Under the pieces are notes generated by a model. It saw nothing but the letters and a program-made list of their open reading frames with translations. It searched no databases and was not told the origin of the DNA. A DNA stretch of 64,000 bases from a virus. The stretch is from the IMG/VR virus record IMGVR_UViG_3300049783_001607; one strand, written 5' to 3'. Below are positions 42,600 to 51,207 of the stretch, one piece after another (the stretch's first letter is position 1; each line of letters opens with the position of its first letter). The translations under genes and the position numbers were made by a program.

Positions 42600-43199
42600 T
42601 TACGCTTTAAACTCGTGGTTTATTGGTAATGTAATTCTATACATAACTCTATGTATGTCTTTATCTAAAGGCAAACTTTCGTGTATAAATTGCGAGTTTC
42701 CATAATAAACTTTATTTGCATCAAGTTTAAATCCTTTCCCTAATTCAATGTGTCTACAATCTCCACCTATTCCAGCGTTGCCCTTAAAATCACCATTCCA
42801 TCCTTTAGAAGAAGAATAATTTGAAGCAATTAACATCCCGCCTTTTTCATTTTCATAAGATAATTTATGTTCAATTGTATTTAATTGGTTTCCATTTTCG
42901 CCAATCTTCCATCCATTCCCTCCGCCGTCAGAACCCCATTTTAAAGATTCTAAAAAGTTGCCGTCAATATGTGGCGAACCACGTCTTAAAGTATTTGCTT
43001 TTTTAACAAACTTTCCGTGTACAGTTAAAAATGCTTCACCTATTTTGTTAGGTAAGTTTTTAATCATTTCTTTTGCCGTCTCTCTAAATTCTATAGGCAA
43101 TGTCATTAAGTTGCTTAAATCAAATGCTAGCATACTTGTCTCTCCATTGTAAAAAGGTATTTCAATACTATTCATTTTTTTTGATATACTTGTAATCAT
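42600..43199 (-). CDS. Putative 2OG-Fe(II) oxygenase-fold protein
   Basis: RRGSPHIDG (HxD), distal HESLP and a C-terminal R..YR; phage dioxygenase-like. Confidence 0.6.
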   Translation of the reverse strand: MITSISKKMNSIEIPFYNGETSMLAFDLSNLMTLPIEFRETAKEMIKNLPNKIGEAFLTVHGKFVKKANTLRRGSPHIDGNFLESLKWGSDGGGNGWKIGENGNQLNTIEHKLSYENEKGGMLIASNYSSSKGWNGDFKGNAGIGGDCRHIELGKGFKLDANKVYYGNSQFIHESLPLDKDIHRVMYRITLPINHEFKA

Positions 43200-43371
43200 A
43201 ATTTATGCATTTATTAATTTCTTGTTTTTTTATTAATTAATTCTTGGTCTAGGGCATTGTAAAATTCTTCATCTAGGTATTTTTTATTTATTCTTTTAAC
43301 ACAGCTTAAAGGTATGTCATAAGCCTCTGCCGTTTCTTTTAGTATTCCAATTGATCTAGTCATAATTAAAA

Positions 43372-43474
43372 GTGCCTAACAATAGCTAAAATTAATAACG
43401 TTAATAGGTCTTTGTTTTTTATTTTGGTTAGCAATTAAAGGCTACTAATTTTAGCCTTGGGCGTTTTAAGTAAT
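43372..43474 (+). repeat. Complete attC-like site with a canonical RYYYAAC inverse core
   Basis: GCCTAAC-aata-GCTAAAATTAATAAC ... GCTACTAATTTTAGC-cttgggc-GTT; 13/15 stem, 4/7-nt spacers. Confidence 0.65.
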
Positions 43475-43733
43475 TAAACGTTATAAACAAATAAAATTAT
43501 TTCCACATTCTTTCAAACCAAGTTGTGTACTTAACATTAAAATCAGTATCTAACAAAATTGCAGGTTCAGTGTAATTTGTTTTCTTCCAACCCTCTTTTA
43601 AAAGGGTTTTTTCAACTTTTCTGTATTCTTTTTGGTTTTCTAAAGTCCAGTTTATTTTAAATGATGTTTTTACCATGATTTTTTAGTTATTAAATCGTTT
43701 TACGCATATACAAATAATTAAAAACATTAAACG

Positions 43734-44132
43734 CTATTGTTTATGTCTACTTTCACCGCTTATATGAATTTCTCTATCTTTAGGCGGTGTCGGTGGTAAA
43801 GGTTTGTTTTTGCTAACAAACGCATCCCAATAACTGACGTGCTTAGTAATAACATTGCCACCGCCGCAGCAGTAGACATTTCTCTCTTGGCATCCATTAG
43901 GCTCAAGCTCTTTATCACAAAGTTCTTTGACAATAAATACCTTATCATCTTTAAACCAATCTTTTTGACACACGTTATGCGTCCCACCAGAAAAGTCACC
44001 TTCTAATTCAATTTCATTTTGACGTATTCCTACCACTTTAAATGGTTCTTTTCCTTGATAAACATCTTCAATATAAACAGGGTACATATTAAGTATTTTA
44101 TACCCTTTAATCGGTAATTTTTTGTATTTCAT
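43734..44132 (-). CDS. Hypothetical protein
   Basis: 132-aa ORF with ELEGDFSGGTHNVCQKDW. Confidence 0.55.
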   Translation of the reverse strand: MKYKKLPIKGYKILNMYPVYIEDVYQGKEPFKVVGIRQNEIELEGDFSGGTHNVCQKDWFKDDKVFIVKELCDKELEPNGCQERNVYCCGGGNVITKHVSYWDAFVSKNKPLPPTPPKDREIHISGESRHKQ

Positions 44133-44376
44133 TTAGCGTTATTTAATAGCGTTAATTTTATCTGTGATTTGTTAACATTAATTAATGCTTTATTGTAGCC
44201 TTCTATCCAACATTCTCTATATTGTTCGTTTTCATCCCATAGTTCAGGGTTATCACCTACTGTCACCAACTTTTCAGGGTAGGCTTCTAATGCTAATTTC
44301 TGTATATCTATCATAATTTATTAATTTAAGTCGCACTACTAATACTACCACAAAAACAAACTAACTGTTTTTTTGT

Positions 44377-44646
44377 CGTACAACATTATGTAAATTTAAT
44401 TGCTCGACTACGTAGTTATCTAGTAACTTTTCCATGTCATTTACAATCATGATGCATTCGATACGTTTATCTGTTTTATCAAGTTCCTGTGCTAATTTAA
44501 GAAGTTTAAGTATTATTTCTTTATGTGCCATTCAATTAAAGTATTTTAATATTTGTTAGCATAGTAATTTTATCACAGCACTATGAATATCCATCACATT
44601 AGAGTGCATTAAAACGCACAATAACATTATGTATAGGTAATATTAC
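44377..44646 (+). repeat. Two attC-like left arms and a degenerate right arm
   Basis: TACAACATTATGTAAATTTAATTGCTCG (44379-44406); AATAACATTATGTATAGG (44620-44637); 17-mer AGTGCATTAAAACGCAC at 44603-44619 is identical to 36926-36942. Confidence 0.55.
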
Positions 44647-45127
44647 CCTTTCTTTAGTGCTTCTAATTGTCTGTGTAAATCAAGTATTACTTTTTCTTCA
44701 TTAGTTAAAGGGTCTTGACTTGCTGTATCTGGTTCAAGTCTTGCCACATACACAGACCCGTCCGTTAGTTCAATAAATATTGCGTTCATAATTATATTTT
44801 TAGTTGTTTAATTAAATTTACAACTTTACGCAAGAATATAATTTTTTCACTTCTATAAGGTGTTATTGTTTTACCAAGCTTTGTATTTGTTGCTTGTTTT
44901 AATTCGCTTTTTGCCCAATTTAGCAAATCAAGTGTATTTTTTGTAGATGCCAAAAGCGCTTTATTTTTTAAAATTAATTCTTGATTTGCGTATTCTTGCA
45001 TTTGTATTGTTATCCAATCATCATTTATTGTTTCATGTGAATCCCATTTATCTCCTCTCATTTGAGGATATTTATCTTGTAAAAATTTTTTTGCTGACAT
45101 TATTTGATGTTTTATTTATAAAAGATT

Positions 45128-45162
45128 AAAAAAGCACTTAATATATAATCAAGCGCTTTTTT
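45128..45162. terminator. Intrinsic terminator-like hairpin at the edge of the small-gene array
   Basis: AAAAAAGCACTT...AAGCGCTTTTTT. Confidence 0.65.
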
Positions 45163-45169
45163 ATATCTA

Positions 45170-45535
45170 TTATTTTTTTACTTCTGATCCTACTTTTCTT
45201 GAGCCTTTTTCTAAAAACCATTTACTTAGATAAGGTACATTTATTTTACCTAGCATTAATTTCATCATAAATACAGATCCTTCAGTAGTGAATAATATGT
45301 ATATAATAGAAGCAATTGCCACATGGCCATAATTATTTCCTTCCATGATAGGTTTCCAAATAATTTTTACAAGGAATATTTGATTAAGTAACCATATACC
45401 ATTAGATCCCCAAGCAGCTTTTCTATGGTAATCTGGATCTCCGCTATTTCTTGATCTACTTGTAAATGTAAATGCCATGTTTTGAATAAAAGAGACTATT
45501 GCTAATGCTATGTATATTAAAATTTGTGATTTCAT
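45170..45535 (-). CDS. Membrane protein (about three TM helices)
   Basis: Three hydrophobic segments; SRSRNSGDPDYH loop. Confidence 0.6.
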   Translation of the reverse strand: MKSQILIYIALAIVSFIQNMAFTFTSRSRNSGDPDYHRKAAWGSNGIWLLNQIFLVKIIWKPIMEGNNYGHVAIASIIYILFTTEGSVFMMKLMLGKINVPYLSKWFLEKGSRKVGSEVKK

Positions 45536-45961
45536 TTATTTATGTTTAAATTTATTAAAATTATTAAGTAATCCATTTATATTATCGGCTCCTACAGGAT
45601 TATGGGAGTGAACATAGAAATTAGGTAAATTTAGATTGTTATCTAAACATAACTCTATTAACCATTTAGCGCAATCTAATCCGGTTTTTTCTGTGTAATT
45701 TCTACTGTCTTGATAGGCTTTGCTGGCTGCGTAATCATCCCAATATTTTTCTGGGGTATAATGCTCGTCTGCTAAATCATGATCAAAAGATATAAAATCT
45801 GGCCTTATACTTGGTTGTTTAACCATACAAGCTACAAATTCCTGGTAATTTTTTACCCATATTATATCAAATAATTTATGATCTCCTATCTTTTCGTCAA
45901 TTAATTTAACCCAAATTTCTTCTGATGGGTCTCTTATGTCATCTATCCAAATTAATTTCAT
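45536..45961 (-). CDS. Cyclic-phosphate-processing receiver-domain protein
   Basis: IWIDDIRDP, ISFDHDL, TGLDCAKWL, HSHNPVG. Confidence 0.8.
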   Translation of the reverse strand: MKLIWIDDIRDPSEEIWVKLIDEKIGDHKLFDIIWVKNYQEFVACMVKQPSIRPDFISFDHDLADEHYTPEKYWDDYAASKAYQDSRNYTEKTGLDCAKWLIELCLDNNLNLPNFYVHSHNPVGADNINGLLNNFNKFKHK

Positions 45962-46234
45962 ATTATTGTTTTTTACTTAAATTATAAAAAGTCCAAAAAC
46001 TACTTTCAGCAAATGCTATAAAGGATTTTCCTAGTATATAATTTTCTATAGCTTCCTTTTTTGTGAAGTGATCTTTTTTAAGGCTATAGCTAATAGTTTC
46101 TTTATAGCCATTAATAATAATTTCCCCGTTATCATTTATTTCTATTTTAAAATTAGTGATTGCAAAATCATACACAGATTTAAAAATAGTACCTGTAACC
46201 GGATCACTAATATCTTCCATATAACACGCTAATA

Positions 46235-47422
46235 TCATACTGTGTTACCTTTAGTAAAATGACATTGGCTAGGAACAGCGTCGTTTCTACTGCTTACAGG
46301 TAATTTACCAGTAAACTTAATTCTTTTGCCAAGTAGTAATTCTTGGTTTTCAAATAATTCCTTTCTTTCCGCATGATTATAACCATTAAAAGACACTGTT
46401 AAAACATTTCCGTTATCCATAGTAACTTGCAAACCTTTAGCCATCCCACTTTCTTCTCTATCGGTTTTTAATTTAGAAGTTTTGCTTCTACCAAATGCAT
46501 TGACAGTTTTTTCTACTCCTTTTTTAACCACTGTAGATTCTTCAATAGCAGTGACAACTCCTTCCCATTCCTTATTAGAATTAACTACTTTATAACCTTG
46601 TCCAGATGCTATACTATATCTTCCAGATTTATATTTAGCGTCTTTACGTATTACAACTAAACCTTCTTCTTCATCTAACATAGCTTGATCAAAAGCTTGA
46701 TACATATTATCTACATGCTCAAATTCATGTTGTACTAAAAGTTCGGCATTAGGCAATCCGTTTTTAAACATTTTAACAAGTCCTTTGTATCTATCAAATT
46801 TTCCTCGTTTATCTAAATCACTGAGATAATGATCAAATACATACAATTTAAGAGAATCGTGCCAACTAGTCAACCATTCAACAGAACGTCCGGGATATCC
46901 CCATTTAACAGCTATTTTTCCTTCTAATCCAATATGGGTACCCAAAGGATATTCTTTACCTTTAAATATTTCTACAGTTCCCTGTTTAGTTTTTTCCCAT
47001 AATCTAGTGTAAGCTTTTATTTTTTTATTCGAAGTAACATCTTCCGACCTAAAAAAATGCATTATTTCAGAACGATTCATTTCTTCAGAGTATAATTCTG
47101 CTTCTATAATACCTAAATGATTTGATTTAGAATTAAACTCTCGAACCATTTCTTGTATATTTACACTAGGTATTAGTTTTAATTCTCTACTATAAGCAGG
47201 AAAATCAAACATAGCTGGTTCTTTTGCATCATAATCTAAAAGATCACCGTTTGCAATTATTTCTACTCTTCCACCGTCTCTTTTGATAGAATAAATCCAT
47301 TCACTAGGATTTTCTATTCTTTCTTCATAATCAGGAGTTATTCCTGAAGGTTCGTTAGGTAATAAACAAGGCTTCCACTGAGAAAGATAATCTATTCCTA
47401 AATTATTTTTTGGTTTTATCAT
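46235..47422 (-). CDS. ATP-dependent DNA ligase
   Basis: Motif I YSIKRDGGR (KxDG), EAELY, LYVFD, EEGLVV, C-terminal OB-like region. Confidence 0.8.
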   Translation of the reverse strand: MIKPKNNLGIDYLSQWKPCLLPNEPSGITPDYEERIENPSEWIYSIKRDGGRVEIIANGDLLDYDAKEPAMFDFPAYSRELKLIPSVNIQEMVREFNSKSNHLGIIEAELYSEEMNRSEIMHFFRSEDVTSNKKIKAYTRLWEKTKQGTVEIFKGKEYPLGTHIGLEGKIAVKWGYPGRSVEWLTSWHDSLKLYVFDHYLSDLDKRGKFDRYKGLVKMFKNGLPNAELLVQHEFEHVDNMYQAFDQAMLDEEEGLVVIRKDAKYKSGRYSIASGQGYKVVNSNKEWEGVVTAIEESTVVKKGVEKTVNAFGRSKTSKLKTDREESGMAKGLQVTMDNGNVLTVSFNGYNHAERKELFENQELLLGKRIKFTGKLPVSSRNDAVPSQCHFTKGNTV

Positions 47423-47427
47423 ATTAT

Positions 47428-48465
47428 TTAAAGATTTTTAGGTGCTAACATTTCAACTTTAATTGCTTTAAAAGAAGAGTAATTAATTAATTTAAAATGT
47501 GCGGACGTTAATTTGTTAAAACAATAATCTATAGGAAATTCAGGGTACAAATCTTTTATTGGAGCCAGCTCACAATTACCGTGAAGCATTGTATCTCTTG
47601 ATATTAATTCTTTTACTGCTTCGTATTGATTATCATAAAAATGAACGCATTTAAGAGTTCCTTCAATTCCTAAAGCTGGAAAACCAGTTAAACCCTCAAG
47701 AATTTTTGCTAAAAATCCATAAGATGCTATATTAAAAGGAAGGCCTAAAAAAGTATCTACACTACGTTGATTCCAATGTAATTCAAAACCAAACTCAGGT
47801 ATATTTTCTTCATTTAAATAGGCCGTAGCTTCTTCGTAAGATTTCGTTAGAAAAACAGAAATTGAAATCCTGTTTTCCACGCTACATTTTTTACTATATA
47901 AAGCTAATCTTTCTTCTAAATTTAAAGGTATTCCAACTACTTGAAACTCAGAATGGCAAGGAGGTAACGCTGTTAATTTAGTTTCAGACGGATTCCAAGC
48001 ATTTACTTTTAATCCGGTTCCCATTATATTAGATTTCATGTTTTTTATAATGTCATCTATTTGATCTGTTACCCCATTAAATTTTCTCCATTGAACAGAA
48101 TAGTTTTGACCTACAGAACCTTTTCCTATATGTGAAAATTCTTCTAAAGTAAGGAATTTAGTTTGAAGTCTAGCAGCGTTTTTAAGATACCAATTATAGG
48201 CGTCTTTGTTCCATATTAAAACATTGTTTTTATTTAAAAATTCAATGTCATTATCTCCTCTAAGAAACCATATTAATTCTGTTGTAATACCTTTTTGGTA
48301 TAATTTTTTACTTGTAATTGCTGGAAAACCGTCTGAAAAAGAATGTTTAAATGTATAACTAGGGATTTGTAATCTTTTTACATCTCTTCTTTTATCTTCA
48401 TATTCTCTCCCTTCTTCCATTATTTTAACACATAATTTTCGAAACTCTTTGTCTATTATTGCCAT
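47428..48465 (-). CDS. thyA: Thymidylate synthase
   Basis: ELIWFLRG, ALPPCH, QRSVDTFLGLPFNIASY, HFYDNQ. Confidence 0.95.
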   Translation of the reverse strand: MAIIDKEFRKLCVKIMEEGREYEDKRRDVKRLQIPSYTFKHSFSDGFPAITSKKLYQKGITTELIWFLRGDNDIEFLNKNNVLIWNKDAYNWYLKNAARLQTKFLTLEEFSHIGKGSVGQNYSVQWRKFNGVTDQIDDIIKNMKSNIMGTGLKVNAWNPSETKLTALPPCHSEFQVVGIPLNLEERLALYSKKCSVENRISISVFLTKSYEEATAYLNEENIPEFGFELHWNQRSVDTFLGLPFNIASYGFLAKILEGLTGFPALGIEGTLKCVHFYDNQYEAVKELISRDTMLHGNCELAPIKDLYPEFPIDYCFNKLTSAHFKLINYSSFKAIKVEMLAPKNL

Positions 48466-48499
48466 CGGCTTTGTTTAAATTAATTTTTATTTTGTTTGT

Positions 48500-48895
48500 T
48501 TACTTTCTATATATACGAAATATATCTTTTTCAGCAGGCTTTATTAAAGGAGTGTTATAATTTATATTATCGGCAATATTGTTAAATACACCAGGCATTT
48601 TTTTATAAGCTAATAAGATATTGTTTATCTCTCCAAATTCTGCTAAAGGTACTTTAGATAAAGTTTCTGTTGTGTCTGATACAGCGGAATAAAGCAAAGA
48701 TAAAGGTGAAATATCTAATAAAGGATCAAAATCTTTGTTTTCTAATTCAACTAAAAAATCTAGCATTTTATTTAGAAAGTTTTTTAATTTTCCTTTATAT
48801 TCTTTGGTAAATTTAATATCTTGATTACAATTTAAAGCTAATTGATTAGTTATAATTGATTTAATAATTTTTATCTCGTCTTTTTCTTTTTGCAT
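48500..48895 (-). CDS. Hypothetical protein
   Basis: 131-aa ORF. Confidence 0.5.
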   Translation of the reverse strand: MQKEKDEIKIIKSIITNQLALNCNQDIKFTKEYKGKLKNFLNKMLDFLVELENKDFDPLLDISPLSLLYSAVSDTTETLSKVPLAEFGEINNILLAYKKMPGVFNNIADNINYNTPLIKPAEKDIFRIYRK

Positions 48896-48897
48896 AA

Positions 48898-49347
48898 TTA
48901 GTTTGTTTTTTTATTTTTATATGAAAATAGCTCTACTAACCAGTCATTTAAATCATTACTAGTAACATTTATACTATCTAAATTATCTCTTATATCATAA
49001 GAAGGATACCATATTACATACCCTTTATTATTTACTCTTATATCTATACCAAATTTAGAAGCTTTATTACCTAAAACTTTTTTATCTTTATATCTAAACC
49101 AGAAATGTCTCCCATTATTTTTAGTAGGGTAATTTAATGTTTTATAAAGTTCTTCTTTATGTTCTTTAGGAATATTATTAAATCCGTCTACATTTCCGTG
49201 TCTATCTACATCAATAACTATGTATCCGTCTCCAGGAACTATAGCTAAAGAATACCCTTTAGGTAAAGGACCTTCAAAATATATTTCTTGAGGTAAACGA
49301 CTCCATTTTATAATAGGATATTTACCTTTGCATAAAAAACTCTTCAT
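48898..49347 (-). CDS. Stand-alone bifunctional primase/polymerase (Prim-Pol, AEP) catalytic domain
   Basis: IVIDVDRH, TKNNGRHFWF, IDIRVNNKGYV. Confidence 0.8.
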   Translation of the reverse strand: MKSFLCKGKYPIIKWSRLPQEIYFEGPLPKGYSLAIVPGDGYIVIDVDRHGNVDGFNNIPKEHKEELYKTLNYPTKNNGRHFWFRYKDKKVLGNKASKFGIDIRVNNKGYVIWYPSYDIRDNLDSINVTSNDLNDWLVELFSYKNKKTN

Positions 49348-49683
49348 TTAAAAAGAATACTGCTCTTTAGCCTGAGCTGTTTTCCAAAAATTCGCGTAAT
49401 TATTGTGTTTTGCATACGTGAATACTTTTTCAAATTCATTTTCTACTTCGTTATCTATGTTACATTTAATTCGTGGAATTTCTTTCATTATTTTTAATAT
49501 TTCATCAGGTTCTGTATATCCTAAAAATAAGCTGTAACCGGATAACACTGTAGATTCAGAATTTCTATATCCAATTGAAAAATCAAGATCGTTTTTATTT
49601 ATAAAAGTAATCAATAAAGATTTTATATTGTTTTTTTTGTCTTCCATTTTTATATATTTGAGTAAGGATTTGCTTGTTTCCAT
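49348..49683 (-). CDS. Possible PriCT-like helical protein (likely start near 49647, MEDKK)
   Basis: FSIGYRNSESTVLSGY resembles the PriCT-1 GxRN motif; abuts the Prim-Pol gene. Confidence 0.4.
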   Translation of the reverse strand: METSKSLLKYIKMEDKKNNIKSLLITFINKNDLDFSIGYRNSESTVLSGYSLFLGYTEPDEILKIMKEIPRIKCNIDNEVENEFEKVFTYAKHNNYANFWKTAQAKEQYSF

Positions 49684-49854
49684 TCACTTAAGAATGATTC
49701 TAATTCAGTTTTACTTAGATTTAATTCGTCAAAAGAATCTTTATTTCCTATTCTTTCCCAAGTATCAGCACTATTAATTAATGACGTCACGTTTTCAGCT
49801 GGTTTTCTTAATGATTTAAGAAGGTCATCAATAGTTTTGTTTGTTTCTGCCATT

Positions 49855-50604
49855 TTATAATTCTTTTATTTTTAATTTTAATAATTCTAATTGGTCGTCA
49901 TTTATTTCATGAGTTTTAAGCCATAAAACACATATTTCTTTAACTACAGAAGTATTTTCTTTAGTTATTTTTAATCTGTCATTAAATTTATCAGAAGAAA
50001 ATATACTTTCAAAAACCGATAATTTATCTAAAATATCCATGTATTTAAGAACTATCAAGTCTGTATTATATCCTCTTTTATGATATTTAAAACAACGTTC
50101 TAATTGTCTAAGTACTCTACTCATTTTCCACACTTCTTCTGAATAGTAAGTAGTATTCCATTTATTCCAAGTAGCTGTTTTGTCGGGAAGGTTTTCAGAT
50201 AAATCTAAAGTTTGTTTTGTTTCTATGTCATAACCTTTGCATATTATATCTATGTCAAAGCTAGACAATACTGAAAAAACGTCTTGACATTTCTTTTTTA
50301 ATATTATATTTATAGGTATACAAGTATTCCAATCAAACTTAATAGTTATTAACCCGAATTTATAAAATGTAGACTCATCTACGTCTATGTACTTATTAAA
50401 TTTCCAATTTTCTAAAGGGTCCATAATAGTAAACATTTTATTATGGTACATAGCAAATAATATTTTATTAAAAGATTTTTCATCGTAAACAAAAACATCT
50501 ATGTCTTGTCCTTCATAATAATTTAGCAGACAACTACCTGTTATACATCCTTTTATAGGTTGTTCTTTTATCCACTTTATTGCGTTCTTGATTTGTTCTT
50601 CCAT
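49855..50604 (-). CDS. Pol-beta-superfamily nucleotidyltransferase (CCA/poly(A) polymerase head-like)
   Basis: ITGSCLL...QDIDVFV (GS...DxD), SSFDIDIICKGYD, RCFKYHKRGY. Confidence 0.7.
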   Translation of the reverse strand: MEEQIKNAIKWIKEQPIKGCITGSCLLNYYEGQDIDVFVYDEKSFNKILFAMYHNKMFTIMDPLENWKFNKYIDVDESTFYKFGLITIKFDWNTCIPINIILKKKCQDVFSVLSSFDIDIICKGYDIETKQTLDLSENLPDKTATWNKWNTTYYSEEVWKMSRVLRQLERCFKYHKRGYNTDLIVLKYMDILDKLSVFESIFSSDKFNDRLKITKENTSVVKEICVLWLKTHEINDDQLELLKLKIKEL

Positions 50605-50617
50605 AATTTTAAAATAT

Positions 50618-50651
50618 AAAAAACCTTCTCCTTGATTAAAGAGAAGGTTTT
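50618..50651 (-). terminator. Intrinsic terminator
   Basis: AAAAAACCTTCTC...GAGAAGGTTTT. Confidence 0.75.
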
Positions 50652-50677
50652 AAAAATGTTATTGATAAATATACTTT

Positions 50678-51163
50678 TTATAATAAATTAATAGTTTCTT
50701 CTACAGCTGATACTACTTCTTCTAAAGTATAAATTTTATTTAATTTTACAATTCCGTCCTTGAAAAACAATCCATGATTCTCAAAATCTTTTAGCACAAC
50801 AAACTCCTGCATGAAACTGTTTATTTTTTCTGCTTTGTCTTCTTCTTTATGAAAAGCAACAAAAGATAAAGCTTCTTTAGCTAAACCGTCGTTGATTTTT
50901 TGAATTGGAGCTTTAGGGGTTGGTACAAAAGAAGCTTTTTTAGCTTGTAAACTTTTATGTACTTCTAATCTTAGTTCATTTAAAGAATCACCTTTTCTAT
51001 CATTAAAATTTTTACCTTTAGCTGCTTTAGCAAAAGTTAATATGTACTCAGCTTTACTTTGCGCTGCTATAAACTCTTCATTCATTATTGGTGCACCTTT
51101 GTTATCTGATAAATACCCACCGTTAATTAATTGAATTTCTGTCGCTTTTAAAAATTTACTCAT
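50678..51163 (-). CDS. Hypothetical protein
   Basis: 161-aa ORF. Confidence 0.55.
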   Translation of the reverse strand: MSKFLKATEIQLINGGYLSDNKGAPIMNEEFIAAQSKAEYILTFAKAAKGKNFNDRKGDSLNELRLEVHKSLQAKKASFVPTPKAPIQKINDGLAKEALSFVAFHKEEDKAEKINSFMQEFVVLKDFENHGLFFKDGIVKLNKIYTLEEVVSAVEETINLL

Positions 51164-51180
51164 CTTTTTTACTTATTTAA

Positions 51181-51207
51181 TTATTATTATTATTATTATT
51201 ATTATTA
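51181..51207. repeat. (TTA)9 microsatellite, read as nine tandem TAA on the coding strand
   Basis: ttattattattattattattattatta, beginning at the stop of the VWA gene. Confidence 0.9.

Larger units (their letters stand above)
35990..45110 (-). other. Hypervariable array of ~30 small co-oriented ORFs (about 48-200 aa) interspersed with attC-like hairpin sites and shared junction repeats
   Basis: ORF track plus additional <60-aa ORFs read by eye (about 39600-39769, 40099-40245, 43214-43363, 43497-43676, 44361-44531, 44643-44789); repeats listed separately. Confidence 0.75.

Noticed and set aside
36227-44646. CRISPR array interpretation of the repeats
   Set aside because: The repeats are degenerate, irregularly spaced by hundreds of bp to kb, and separated by ORFs rather than 30-40-nt spacers.
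34570-48465. Modified-base pathway (HD hydrolase, dNMP kinase, thymidylate synthase homolog)
   Set aside because: ThyA keeps the dUMP-specifying Asn (PFNIASY), and no purZ, queuosine-pathway or glycosyltransferase genes were recognised in the window.
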